From Felis catus (taxonomy: Eukaryota), in NCBI RefSeq assembly GCF_018350175.1, contig NC_058369.1:4776001-4840000 (forward strand): a DNA stretch of 64,000 nt. Reading direction: 5' to 3'. Of the stretch, positions 50,041 through 62,248 are shown one piece after another. Numbering within the stretch: the stretch's first letter is position 1; each line of letters starts with the position of its first letter. The notes under the pieces are model-generated. The model was not told the DNA's origin, ran no database searches, and saw only the letters and a program-made list of their open reading frames with translations. A program made the translations under genes and the position numbers.

Positions 50041-51139
50041 AAACAAAGTTAACCATCATCTCAAGTTATTTTTCTTGCTGACAATTTTTGTTACATATCT
50101 ATATTAGGCAAGCATCAAACCTTATAGGGTTGGAGCCCTCCCAGGGCCTTATGAAAGGCTATCTGCATATGAGGAGGAGGGTGTGGATGTTATGTGTGTT
50201 TTCAGTTTGTGTTTGAGCCTGGGAGTCCAGATGGCAGTTCAAGCTAAAGAAAGCTCAGGCATGTCTGGGCTTGTCTCCAGAGTCGCGGAGCACCATCTAT
50301 CTAGGCCTATTTGCATAACAATAATGAAGAGTCCTTCCAGTACAGAGGTGATTTTAAGGGAGAAAAGAACCATACAACTGGAATGTGATCTTGGGGCAGG
50401 AGAAAAGAAGTGTCTGCTCCAGATCTGCCAGCCTGGATTTTTGCCTTCTCTGGGGTCTTGTGTGATCCCAATGGGGAACAGGTGGAGGGTGAAAAAAGAA
50501 ATTAACGGATCAGTTTTTGCTAAGGCTGAACAAGCCTGCCACCTTCTCCGAGAACCCAGTGTTGTGGGGGAGGTCTCACTGTCTGATAGCTTTAAGCCTC
50601 AGGGGCTTTAGTTAAAGGTCTTAATGCCTCTGGACTTTGACGTGCTCACCAAGAAACTGATAGTGTCACAGGTGCATTTCGGTCCCCGAACACATGCCAA
50701 ACCCCCAGATGCAAAGAAATGCAGAATGTGGGACTCTGGTGTCTTGCATCATACCGAAGGATGTGGTTGCCCCAAGGGGGGAAATCTGAGCTATCTTTGT
50801 TCAAATAGTTTCATTTAGGTCCTAGGGCTGATGAGAACTGGGGGAAATTCAGGTTAGACGCCCAAACTGGCATGGTCTTTGAGTCAGTATTTGGTGAATT
50901 TGAAAAAGATACAGTTTTTCCTTCTCAGATTGACAGACTCTCTGGCTTTTGTCATCCTCCGTCCAAAGGGGCACACAGAGAACGTTGAAATCCGGGACTC
51001 CTGGCTGGTTCGGCTGGTGGAGCACATGACTGGATCTCGGGATTGGGAGTTCGAGGCCCACGTTGGGTGTAGAGATTTTACTTAGAAACAAAATGTTGAC
51101 AACCACCATCACCACCACCACCACCACAGAGAATGCTGG

Positions 51140-52535
51140 AGTCATCATGACTTCCTAATGTGGATGGGCCTCAGCCAATCAGTTTAAAACCTGAGTGGAA
51201 CAGAAAGATGGAGGAAAAAGAAATTCCTCCTGCATGACTGCCTTTGAGCCTGGATGTTTTTGTTCATGCCTTCATACTCAAACAGGAAGCCTGGTTCTTT
51301 GGATGGGTGTGAGCCTGTGGGACTTTGGACTATTTTATACCATTGATACTCCGTGGTCTCCAGCTTGCCCACTGCAGCTCTTAAGACTTGTGCAACGCCA
51401 CGATTACGTAAGCTAATTCCTCATAATAAATCTCTCCCTCTATTTTTGCGCATCCCATTGATTCTGTTTCTCTGAAGAATGGTTACTAATGCAACCACTA
51501 ATCTATTTTCTGTCTCTACGTGTTTTCCTATCATGGGTATTTCATAGAAACAGAATCCCATAAAATGGAATCACAAAGTAGAATCATTTTGCGTCTGACT
51601 TCTCTCACTTAGTGTGGTCTTTCTAAGGTTCATTCATGGTGTAACATGTATCAGTGCTTCATTCCTTAACTGCCAAATAATATTCCATCATGTCAATGCC
51701 ACATTTGTTTATCCATTCGTCTGTTGATGGACATTTGGGTTGTTTCAACTTGGGGCTATTTTGAATAATGTTGTAGTGAACATCTGTGTACAAGCTTTGT
51801 GAGGATGTAGGTTTTTATTTCTGTTGGGTACATACCTAGGAGTGAAACTGTAGGTCATGTGGCAGCTCTATGTTACTTTTTGAGGAACGGCTGGGCAGTT
51901 TTCCCCGGACGCTAACCCGTTTTAGAATCCCACCAGCGATGTATGAGGGTTCCTTTGTTAGTCAAGGTCAGGGTTCTCCAGAGAAATAGCCAACAGGAGA
52001 TACACATCTGTAAAGAGGTAGAGTGTGAGGAATTGGCTCACAAGTGTATGCCCCCCCGATCTGCCACTTGTGCCCATGCTCGAGGCCGAAGACAGCTTGG
52101 TGAGTTGGTGTAATTCGAGTCCAAGTCAAAGGCCTGAGAACCAGGGGAGCTGATGGACATCACAGTCCAAGGGCAGGAGAAGACCAATGTCCCAGCTCAA
52201 TGTCCTAGCTCCCCTTCTCTGCTTTCAGTCTATTCAGGCCCTTGGTGGGTTGGATGAGGCCCACCCTCATCAGGGAGGGTAGTGCTTTCTTCTCTGTTTA
52301 CAAATTCAAATATTAAGCTCTTCCAGAAACACCCTCACAGACACACCCTGACCTCATGCCTAACCAGGTGTGTGGGTCATGTGGACACCTGAAGTTAAAC
52401 ATCCTGGTTCCAATTGCCCTCCATCCTTGCCAACATTTTTTATTGTCTGCCTTTTTTATTACAGCCATCCTGGGGGTGTGTAGTGTTATCTCATTGTGGT
52501 CACGATTCATACTTCCCTCACAACTAATGATGTTG
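51140..52535. mobile_element. MLT2 LTRs (~51140-51490 and ~51955-52405) interleaved with old minus-strand L1 3' UTR
   Basis: cattgattctgtttctctgaagaa; ttagtcaaggtcagggttctccagagaaa; atccattcgtctgttgatggacatttgggttgtttc. Confidence 0.65.
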
Positions 52536-52574
52536 AGTCTTCCTTTTTTCTTTTCTTTCACCAATATTTATCCT

Positions 52575-52797
52575 TTTTTTTAAAAATTTTTTAACGTTTT
52601 TATTTATTTTTGAGACAGAGAGAGACAGAGCATGAACAGGGGAGGGGCAGAGAGAGACGGAGACACAGAATCGGAAGCAGGCTCCAGGCTCTGAGCCATC
52701 AGCCCAGAGCCCGATGCGGGGCTCGAACTCACGGACTGTGAGATCGTGACCTGAGCCGAAGTCGGACGCTTAACCGACTGAGCCACCCAGGCGCCCC
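52575..52797 (-). mobile_element. Young Can-SINE
   Basis: TSD caccaatatttatccttttttt on both sides. Confidence 0.9.
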
Positions 52798-53869
52798 ACC
52801 AATATTTATCCTTTTTTTCCCTATCATTATTATCCTTATTTGCCTGCCAAACCACAGATACTCTAATGCCTGAAGTAAACAAGGCTACCCTGGTCCTGAT
52901 GGAGAGTCAGCCAATCTCCCCATGGATAGCTGTTATTTGTAGACAGCACGGTGAAGGAAAGTACCAGGGGTGCAGAAGGAGAGAATGTGATCTAGTCTTG
53001 GGGTGGGGAGGATTGTGTAGAAGGTTCCTGGAACGATCTCTTAAAACTGCAAGTTCAATCAGGTGCCTCTTCAATTGTTCCCTCTTGCTGAGGCAATAAA
53101 TCCTTCTTCTTAGCCTGGGATTCAAAGATCTGCCTAACCTGCTTCTAGCCTCATTTTCCAGTTCACAATACACCAAGAGCCCTTTCTATATCTGCCATCA
53201 TGGGGCTCATGTCCTGACATGAGCTTTCAAGTTAGAGTGATACAATTCCTTTCCGAAAGTGGATGACAATGTCTTTGTTTATGAAAACCTCTTGACGAGT
53301 CCTGTTATGTAGTCTTTGGTGATTGTTGAGCAATATAAAGTTCCCTGGATATCAATAAGGGCAGAATTCAGGTACTCTGCATGATAGAACCAGCAGAATT
53401 TTTTTTTTTTAAGGGTGGAAAGTGCAAGAGATGAATGTTGCAACTTTAAATGTTTATTTATTTATTTTGAGAGAGAGCATGAGCAGGGTAGTGGTAGAGA
53501 GAGAGGAGAGAATCCCAAGCAGGCTCTGTGCTGCCAGCCCAGAGCCTGACAGAGAACTTGATCTCATGAACTTCAAGATCATGAGGTGAGCTGAAACCAA
53601 GAGTTGGATGCCCAACAGACTGAACCACCCAGGCTCCCCATGGAGTCAGCAGAATTTTGAGACAAGGGAGTCAGATCAGAGAAGGGAGCCAAGGAGGGAG
53701 GGGAGCAGGAGCTAGTGAGAAAGTGGAATCCCAACCATTATGACAAAGGGGAGGACATGTATGGTTTTCTAGGGTTGCTGTAATGAATAATCACCAACCT
53801 TGTGGCATGAAACAACGTAAGTTTGCATTCTTACGGTTCTGAGGGTCCAGGTCTGAGATGGGTCTTGCT

Positions 53870-55340
53870 GGGCCAAAAGAATGAAACTGGGTCCGTAACC
53901 TGCAACCATACACAAAAATCAACTCAAAATAGATTAAAGCCTTGAACAGTTGCCACCAAAGGCAAAGGCAACAAAAGCAAAAGGAAGCCAATGGGACTAT
54001 CTCAAGGTAAAAAGCTTCTGCACAGAAAAGGAAACCGTCAGCAAAAATGAAATGGCAACCTAGCAAATGGGAGCAAAATACTTGTAAACTATATATCTGA
54101 AAGGATTAATATTCAAAATATATAAAGAACCCATACAACTCAACAGTGAAAACAAGGAGTAATCCAATTAAAATATGGGCAGAGGATCTGACTAGACATT
54201 TTGCCAAAGAAAACATACAGGTAGTCAACAGGTATGTAAAAGATGCTCAACATCACTCATCATCAGGGAAATCAAAATCAAAACCACCCGAGATACCCCT
54301 CACACCTGTCAGAATGGCTATCCTTCCCATACTCAGCTGTGCTGTCCTCTTGAAACTCAGATATACTAGCAAGCAATCTGGAAGGATATATTGCCAAAAG
54401 GCCAACAGTGGTCCTTTTAAAAGGTAGTTCAAGGGAGGGAAAACATCAGGCTTTTATTGTTGTTGTTGTTTTATTTTACTTTATATTCTTCTGCCCTGTT
54501 GGGATTTTTTTTCCACTGGGCATGTTTTACTTTCGGAAAAATTTTAAAAGCTGCAAATCCAAAAATTCCTGCTAAGACCAGTGTCAAGTAGTTTATTCCC
54601 TATGTTTTCTTTTAGGAGTTTTATGGTTTCAGGTCTTTAACAGTCTTTAACCCATTTGGAGTTGATTTTGTGTATGGTATAAGACAGGGGTCCAGTTTTA
54701 TTCTTTTGCACATGGCTGTCCAGTTTTCTCAAAACCAATTGTCTTTTCTGCATTGCATATTTTTGACTCATTTATCATGAATTAATTCATATTAATCCAT
54801 ATGCATGGATGTTTTTCTGGGCACTATTCTGTTCCATTGATTGATGTGTCTGTTTTCATGCCAATACCTTACTGTTTTCTTGGCTATAGCTTTGTAATAT
54901 AGTTTGAAATCAGGAAGTATGATGCCTGCAGCATTGTTCTTTTTCTTTTCTTGAGATTTCTTTGGTTATGTGGGGTCTTTTGTGGTTCCATACAAATTTT
55001 AGAATTATTTTTTATATTTCTTTGAAAAATACCATTGTAATTTTGATAGGGAGTGCACTGAGTCTATAAATGGCTTTGGGTAATGTGGACGTTTTAATAA
55101 TATTAATTTTTCCAATCCATCAGCATGGGGTAAGTTGTTTTTGAGCCCTTTTATGATCCTTTGTATTTCTGTGGAACCTGTTGTAATGGCTCCTCTTACA
55201 TTTCTGATGTTATTTATTTTAGTCTTCTCTCTCTCTCTCTCTCTCTCTCTTTTTCCTGGTGATTCTAGCTGCAAGTATTTTGTTTACTTTTCAAAGAGCT
55301 AGCTCTTAATTTCAATGATATTTCTCTTGTTTAATGAGTC
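53870..55340. mobile_element. L1 ORF2 fragments in opposite orientations (plus ~53870-54322; minus ~54570-55340)
   Basis: Degraded KINSK.IK, IKIWAEDLTRHF, LTPVRMAI on plus; tagtttgaaatcaggaagtatgatgcct block on minus. Confidence 0.75.
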
Positions 55341-55559
55341 ATTGTTAACCCTTCCATTTGTAGGATACATTGAGTAGGGCTGCTGTGAGCATGGGTGTAC
55401 TAAATTTAAACATTTACATCTAATTGACATCATCTTGTATGCCCTGGTGAGATCACCTTGGAAGCTAGGATTTTACAAGTCCACTGCTTGAACTTTTGAC
55501 ACTTAGAATTCCTTCCTTGGCTACAGCATCCTTCCACTGAAGCAATTTTTATTGCTTTA

Positions 55560-57660
55560 TTTTTTACTAACAAACTTTATTTTTAAGAACAGTTTTTGGT
55601 TTACAAGACAACTGAAAAGAGAATATAGGTTTTTTTTTTTTTAATATACTTCCATGCACACCATTTTTCTATTTTTAACATCTTACATTAGTGTAGTAAT
55701 ACAACTCATGAACCAATACTGATATATTATTTTAACTAAATCCCACAGTTGATTCAGATTTCTTTGCTTTTCCTCTCATATATCTTTTTTCTGCCCAGGA
55801 TCCCATCCACAATTCCCAAGTACACTTGGTCATCACATCTCCTAAGGTTCCTCTGGGCTGCAACAGTTTCCCAGACTTTCTTTGTCTTTGATGACTTTTA
55901 ACATTCTGAAGAGGACTGGTCAGGCATTTTATAGGATGCCTCCCTCTTGGAATTTATCTGATGTTTTTCTCATGGTTAGACTGGGGTGATGGATTTGGGG
56001 AGGAAGACCCCTGAGGTGAAATGTTCTTTTCATCCTATGGTACTCATACTGGGGGCGTGTGCTGTCGCCATGGCTTATCACTCCTGATGTTGGCCTTGGT
56101 CACCTGGCTGAGGTGGTGGTCAGATTTTTCCACTGTAAAGCTACTGCTCATCCCTGCACTTTCCATATTGTCTTCTTTGGAAGGAAGTCATTATGTGCAG
56201 CCCACACCCATGGAGGGGGAGTTGTGGTCCCCTCCTTTAGGATGGAGTAGCTACATTGTGAAAATTGATAAAGGGAAACCTCACTAAAACGGAGTTGGGA
56301 ATGTGTGGCACAAGGGCTCTCATGCCCTACCACTCCTCACTAATTGCAAATCCAACAGGAAGAGAGGCACCTTGTGCATGGGTACAACTTTATTACCCCA
56401 GCAGGAAGAAGAAAATTTTCCTCCTCCCCTGGCAACAACACAGCCATTAAGAGACAAACTAGCTCAGCCAATGAGAAGCAACTTCCTTCAAACTCCCAGG
56501 TTGGGGCGCTCCAGTGGTTCAGTCTGTTAAGCCTGGGATTCTTGATTTCTGCGTAGGTCATGGTCTTGCGACTGGTGGGATGGAGCTTGGCATGAGGCTC
56601 TGCTCTGTCAGTGGAGCCTGCTTGGGATTCTCTCTCCCTCTCTCTACCCCTCCCATGCTCACATGCCCTCTCTCTCAGAATAAATAAATAAACTTAAAAA
56701 AAAAAAAAACACCTTCCAGGTAACTCTAGTAGACTTTTTGTTTATGACAGTCTTCCCAATTTCCTGCTTTACCTTGTTAAAGAGCAGTCCTCTCCTTGGT
56801 TTGGCAGACTTGCATGTGGTTTTGCCGTTAGCGTGCTTGTTCTGGATTGTAGTTTTCTGTTATTCCTGAATAAACCCATTTTTGCTGGTAAAATAACTGG
56901 CAAACTTATTTATTTATTATCTATTTATAAGTTATTTATTTAGAAAAAATTTTAATATTTATTTATTTTTGAGAGCCAAAGAGAGAGCATGAGCAGGGGA
57001 GGGGGAGAGAGAGAGAGAGAGAGAGAGGGAGAGATACAGAATCTGAAGCAGGCTCCAGGCTCTTTGCTGACAGCACAGAGCCCACTGTAGGGCTGGAACC
57101 CACAAACCATGAGATCACGACCTGAGCTGAAGTCAGATGTTTAACCGACTGAGCCACCCAGGCACCCCAATTTTTTTTTTTATTTTTGAGAGAGAGAGAG
57201 AGAGAGAGAGAATGAGAGAACAAGCACGTGAGAGCAGGGAAGAGGGGCAGAGGGAGAAAGAGAGAGAGAGAGAGAGAGAGAATCCCAAGCAGGCTCTGTG
57301 CTCAGCTAGGACCCAGATGAGGGGCTCGATCCCATGACCCTGGCATCATGACTTGAGCTGAAATCGAGTCCAACGCTCAACCGACTGAACCACCCAGGTG
57401 CCCCGGGCAGTTTTATTTTAAAGATAAACAACATAAATTATTTGAAATTCTGCACAAAGGTTTTGGCCCTTCCCCACTTAACAAATATATTCAATCACCT
57501 ATTTATATCAATATAGACTCATGGATATTTATTTTATACTCTGAATTATAATCTGATACTATTCTATTTATTTTATTGCTCAAATTGTTCTAATTTTAGC
57601 CACTGGGGCTTTGTCAGTTGGCTTCTGTGCTCCTTCGACATACACAGATCCATATGGCTT
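55560..57660 (-). mobile_element. Old L1M 3' UTR interrupted by an LTR (~56257-57430) and several Can-SINEs (56503-56710, 56940-57168, 57170-57404)
   Basis: L1MC-like text resumes after the LTR; SINE heads and tails visible. Confidence 0.55.
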
Positions 57661-58358
57661 TTCTTTCTTTTTATATAATTTTTTAAAGCTGGATGCTTAA
57701 CCAACTCCTAACTGGTCTGGCCACCCAGGTCTCTCTCTTTCTCATCCTTATTTCTGCCACTTACCCAATGCACCATTCTCATCATACATATTTTTTTTGT
57801 CCTATTCCTATAATCAGCCATCGGAGCCCCGATTCCTTTTTTTTTTTTTTTTTTTTTTTGAGAGATGGAGAGAGAGAGAGAGAGAAATTGCAAGCAGGGG
57901 AGGGGCAGAGGGAGAGAGAATCTTAAGCAGGCTCTATGCCCAGCACAAAGCTTCACCAGGGGCTCTACCTCACTATCGTGAGATCCGGACCTGAGCCAAA
58001 ATTGAGTTAGATACTTAATCCACTGAGCCACCCAAGCACCCCCCCCCCCACTCCCCTCCTCCCTCCAATTCCTTTTTCATGGAATGGTATTAGAAATCAT
58101 GATGTGGGTGCTAAGTGTGCACATTGCTATGTGGGCTCGTGATGGTGGTTTTCTAGTTGACAGAATCCATTCCTCCGTTCAAAATTATGTGCCAAGCACT
58201 CCCTCGGCATGGGGCTCTGGCTGTGACTGGCACAGAATGCAGTCCCTGGCCTCATGGCGTCTTCATTCCAGTGGGATGTGGGGGGAAGACAGCCAACAAG
58301 CAAAATAAGTAAGTGGATTCTTCTAATAGGTTCAAAGGTGACAAGTACTATAGAGATC

Positions 58359-58826
58359 TGTTAAAAGATAAACTGAGGCATATCAACATTTTGAGACTTT
58401 ATTTGAACAAAAACCAGTTATGAGTCAGGCAGCGCCTAACCAGAAGCGGTGAGTGATGTTCCATCAACCTCACTCAGTGTTTTCTCCACGGGTGAGCACC
58501 CTCTCAGGACTTTCACTCGCTCACCAGTCTAGAAGCTTCTAACCCCATCCTTCTGTATTTTTGAGCATGACACGGATGCCATTGGTTAAATCACTTGCCC
58601 TTGCTGGCTGAGCTGTCTGCAGCCTCTCTCCCCTCCCTGGAGGTCAGGCCAGTGGGAAGGGACAGTTCCAACTCCCACCTCTCCAGGTGACCTCAGGGCT
58701 TTCCCCAAAGTCACCTCATTAACACAACAAAAGGCACCCAGACCGCTCGCCACACAGGACATTCCAAAAGCTTAAGCTAGCAGCAAGGATTAAGACCGAT
58801 CAGATGTTATACATCACTATATTACA
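58359..58826 (-). mobile_element. LTR-derived sequence in the CD70 3' UTR region: MER21-like piece 58460-58826 plus an LTR 3' end 58359-58460
   Basis: Shares gggctttcc..aaagtcac.tc.ttaacaca and gttaaatca.ttgcc motifs with 42250-42420; minus strand ends AATAAA...ttttaaca. Confidence 0.55.
58398..58403 (-). terminator. Probable CD70 polyadenylation signal
   Basis: First AATAAA on minus after the stop at 58932, about 530 nt downstream. Confidence 0.5.
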
Positions 58827-58931
58827 GAGACACATCAAGAAAAAAGCTTCTACAAGAGCCAGGAAAAAAAAAAAAGAGAGAGAGAGAGAAAACACACTCT
58901 CCCGACAAATCTGGGCCAGGGGGCGCAACAG

Positions 58932-59323
58932 TCAGGGGTGCACCAGCTGAACCCCAAAAAAGGTCTCATCAGCATTTGCGGAGGGCAGCAGAGGCAGCGT
59001 GAGGTTGGTGCACAGCGTGTCCCCGCGAGCCAACGGCGTCAGGCGCTGGGAGGCGGCCACGCAGCCTCCGTGGAAGCTGAGCCTCAGCAGGCTGATGCTG
59101 TGGGCGGCCGGGGAGCAGATGCCCACCGTCAGCGTGGCCCTGGGGGGCCGGGCGGCCCGCGTGGAGGAGGAGCAGTTGGCCAGCGTCACTTGGATGTGCA
59201 GCCTGTAGACTCCGCCGTGCCGGACACGCAGTTGCCCGCCGTCGTCCAGCTCCAGTCCGTCCACGAAGGAGCGGCCCAAGGCCGGACTTCCCTGCCAGCG
59301 CAGCCTGTGGTCCAGCCGCTGTC
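58932..59323 (-). CDS. CD70: CD70 (CD27 ligand, TNFSF7) exon 3: TNF homology domain to stop
   Basis: RLRWQGSPALGRSF..GLELD.GQLRV..GGVYRLHIQVTLANCSS...TLTVGICSP...SISLLRLSFH.GC..ASQRLTPLARGDTLCTNLT...DETFFGVQLVHP*; AG at 59325-59324. Confidence 0.97.
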
Positions 59324-59449
59324 CTGGCGGCACAGCGTCAGGGACGGGGGGGGGGGGGGGGGGGGGGGGGGAAGGGGGGGGGGGGGACAGACGTTTAGGG
59401 AAACGGCCGCTTAGAGACCAAATGTCTAAGCTTGCTCTGTCGAAACCTA

Positions 59450-60970
59450 ACCCCCCCTCCCCCTCCCCCTTTCTCTCTCCCCCTCTCTCTCCCGCCTCTC
59501 TCCCTCCCCCTTTCTCTCTCCCCCTCTCTTTCCCCCTCTCTTTCCCCCCTCCCCCTCCCCCTTTTTCTCTACCTCTTTTCCACCTCCCTCCCTCCCTCTC
59601 CCCTCCCTCTCCCCTCCCCCTTTCTCTCTCCCCTCCCTCTCCCCTCCCCCTTTCTCTCTCCCCTCCCTCTCCCCTCCCCCTTTCTCTCTCCCCTCCCTCT
59701 CCCCTCCCCCTTTCTCTCTCCCCCTCTCTTTCCTCCTCCCCTTTCCCCTTTCTCTCTCCCTTTCTCTGTTCTCTCTTTCCGTGTCTATCTCAATTTCTCC
59801 TTCTCTCTCCCTCTTTCCCCCCTCCCTCCCTCTCTCCTGCCTCTCTCCATGCCCCTCCCCCTTTCTCTCTCCCTCTTTCCTCCCCCTCCCTCGCCCCTCC
59901 CCCCTCTCTCTCCCCCTTTCCCCCTCCCTCCCTCCCCCTTTCTCTCTCCCCCTTTCCCCCTCCCTCCCTCGCCCCTCCCCCTTTCTCTCTCCCCCTCTTT
60001 CCCCCTCCCTCCCTCCCTCTCTCTCCTGCCTCTCTCCTGCCTCTCTCCCTGCCCCTCCCCCTTTCTCTCTCCCTCTTTCCCCCTCCCTCCCTCGCCCCTC
60101 CCCCTTTCTCTCTCCCCCTCTCTTTCCTCCTCCCCTTTCCCCTTTCTTTCTTTTTTTTTTTTTAATTTTTTTTTCAACGTTTATTTATTTTGGGGACAGA
60201 GAGAGACAGAGCATGAACGGGGGAGGGGCAGAGAGAGAGGGAGACACAGAATCGGAAACAGGCTCCAGGCTCTGAGCCATCAGCCCAGAGCCCGACGCGG
60301 GGCTCGAAGCCACGGACCGCGAGATCGTGACCTGGCTGAAGTCGGACGCTTAACCGACTGCGCCACCCAGGCGCCCCTCCCCTTTCCCCTTTCTCTCTCC
60401 CTTTCTCTGTTCTCTCTTTCCGTCTCTCTATCTCAATTTCTCCTTCTCTCTCCCTCTCTTTCCCCCCTCCCTCCCTCTCTCTCTCCCCCCTCCCCCTTTC
60501 TCTCTCCCTCTTTCCCCCTCCCTCCCTCGCCCCTCCCCCTTTCTCTCTTCCCCTCTCTTCCCCCCTCCCTCCCTCTCTCCCCCCTTCTCTGTTCTCTTTC
60601 CGTCTCTCTATCTCAATTTCTCCTTCTCTCTCCCTCTTTCCCCCCTCTCTCCTGCCTCTCTCCATCCCCCTCCCCCTTTCTCTCTCCCCCTTCCCCCTCC
60701 CTCCCTCGCCCCTCCCCCCTCCCTCCCTCGCCCCTCCCCCTTTCTCTCTCCCCCTCTCTTCCCCCCTCCCTCTCTCTCCCCCCTCCCCCTCCCCCTTTCT
60801 CTCTCCCTCTTTACCCCTCCCTCCCTCCCCCCTCCCCCTTTCTCTCTCCCCCTCTCTTCCCCCCTCCCCCCTCCCTCTCTCTCCCCCTCCCCCCTCTCTC
60901 CCCCCCTTTCTCTGTTCTCTCTTTCCGTGTCTATCTCAATTTCTCCTTCTCTCTCCGTCTCTCTGTCTCC
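59450..60970. repeat. Polypyrimidine/polypurine compound repeat filling CD70 intron 2
   Basis: Almost only C/T on plus; a 30-bp unit repeated 4 times at 59601-59720; a ~49-bp block in 4 copies. Confidence 0.92.
60148..60377 (-). mobile_element. Young Can-SINE in CD70 intron 2, sense to CD70
   Basis: TSD tcccctttcccctttct at 60131-60147 and 60378-60394. Confidence 0.92.
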
Positions 60971-60995
60971 CTTCTACACATGCACTCGCGGTTAC

Positions 60996-61029
60996 CTGTG
61001 TGATTTAGCTGCAGCTCAGCCATGTCCCG
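60996..61029 (-). CDS. CD70: CD70 exon 2 (RDMAELQLNHT-G)
   Basis: 34 nt; AG at 61031-61030; GTAACC donor; matches human WDVAELQLNHTG. Confidence 0.95.
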
Positions 61030-61901
61030 CTGATAGAACAGAAGAGAACACGTGTGGTGAGCACAGAAGCACGGAGGTTTTCAGTCCCCGCACCCGCCCC
61101 CCACCACCCCGCACCGTCCCCGACCGAGATCAAGACGTCTCTTTTCTCTGCTCATCTTCCTACCCGCTTCTCAAACAGCTGGACTGAGTTGTGACTTTTT
61201 AAAAAAGATCTTTTAAAGAGGAAGTACTTTGAACTAACAGCCTACACCTGCTCTCCCGGCTGCAGAGCACCCCCTCCCCCCGCCCCGGCCTGCGTCGCCT
61301 CCAAAGGGGGTCCCCGTGGTGGGTGTCGGGGCTCCCAGGTGAGCGGCGCGGGTCGCCCTGCCCTTGCAGGCCCCGAACCCACCCCCCTCCCGGCTTCGTG
61401 AAGCCCCCAGCAGCCTCTGAGTCAGCTCGCTGGGGAACACCGAAGACGAGTCACTTTCCATGCCCGCATCGGATGCCCCTTTCCTAGCTGCGACCTCCCC
61501 ACTCCGGGATCCCCACCCGGGACTTACCTCCAGGGCGCGACTGACATCCCCGCGCCCCCACCCCGCTCCCCCCCCCCCCCCCCCCCCCCCCACCAGCCCG
61601 GACCTCCAGGCAGCTGTGCCCCAGCAGCCGGCTCGGTCTCCATCTCTCTTCGCACCCAGACCTTCCGGGACGATTTTTATCCATCTCATTTGGATTTTTT
61701 TTTTTTTTTAATTTTATGTATTCTTGGTCGTTCGCCCGTCTGCGCCCAAACGCACGGTCCCTCTACCTCGATCCCATTCTCTTCCTGGTGGTTCGCCTCC
61801 CTCCTCTGCGCCCCCGCAGAGCCGGCCCCACCCAGAGGTCCCCAGGCTCCGCCGAGCAGGTGGGAGGTTTGCATCTTCCTCCTCCCCCCTTCTCTACGCA
61901 C

Positions 61902-62048
61902 CTTAGGCGGCTCGAGCTGCCCTTGCTGGACTCGCAGGAAGCAGTATGCCATGATGCCGGTAAGAGACAGGATCGCGGCAGAGCGCAGCACCGACATCCA
62001 GGACAGGCGGGGCACCGGGCAGCCGGAGCTCCCCTCCTCCGGCACCAT
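61902..62048 (-). CDS. CD70: CD70 exon 1 (MVPEEGSSGC...type II TM...QLEPPK)
   Basis: ATG at 62048; 147 nt; AAG|GTGCGT donor. Total CDS 147+34+392 = 573 nt (190 aa). An in-frame upstream ATG lies at 62069. Confidence 0.9.
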
Positions 62049-62237
62049 GATTCTCAGACAGCGCTGCATGGGGCCCGTGCTGGCGGGGCGCGGGGCGAGC
62101 CAGGGAGCCTGGAGCACGGTAACCTCAGTGCTCTCACGGCTCGGGGGCCTCGGCCTGCCCGAACCTGCCAGAGACCCGCCCCACCCCACTCTGGGGATGT
62201 CCGGCAAAGGGGAGGGATTTGAGCTGTTCGCCGAGCA

Positions 62238-62248
62238 GGGAAATCCCC
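62238..62248 (-). promoter_or_regulatory. Consensus NF-kappaB site in the CD70 promoter
   Basis: GGGGATTTCCC on minus (GGGAAATCCCC on plus), ~190 nt upstream of the ATG in a CpG-rich region. Confidence 0.7.

Noticed and set aside
19700..58350. Search for an additional TNF-superfamily paralogue between TNFSF9 and CD70
   Set aside because: No TNF-homology peptide was recognised in the ORF track or by eye. A heavily decayed remnant cannot be excluded without TBLASTN.
59601..60956. Repeat-spacer appearance suggestive of a CRISPR-like array
   Set aside because: This is a eukaryotic intron. The spacers are low-complexity variants of each other, irregular in length, and no cas-like genes are present.
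59422..61003. 523-aa and 247-aa Pro/Ser/Leu ORFs
   Set aside because: These are artefacts of C/T-only low-complexity sequence plus a SINE inside CD70 intron 2.
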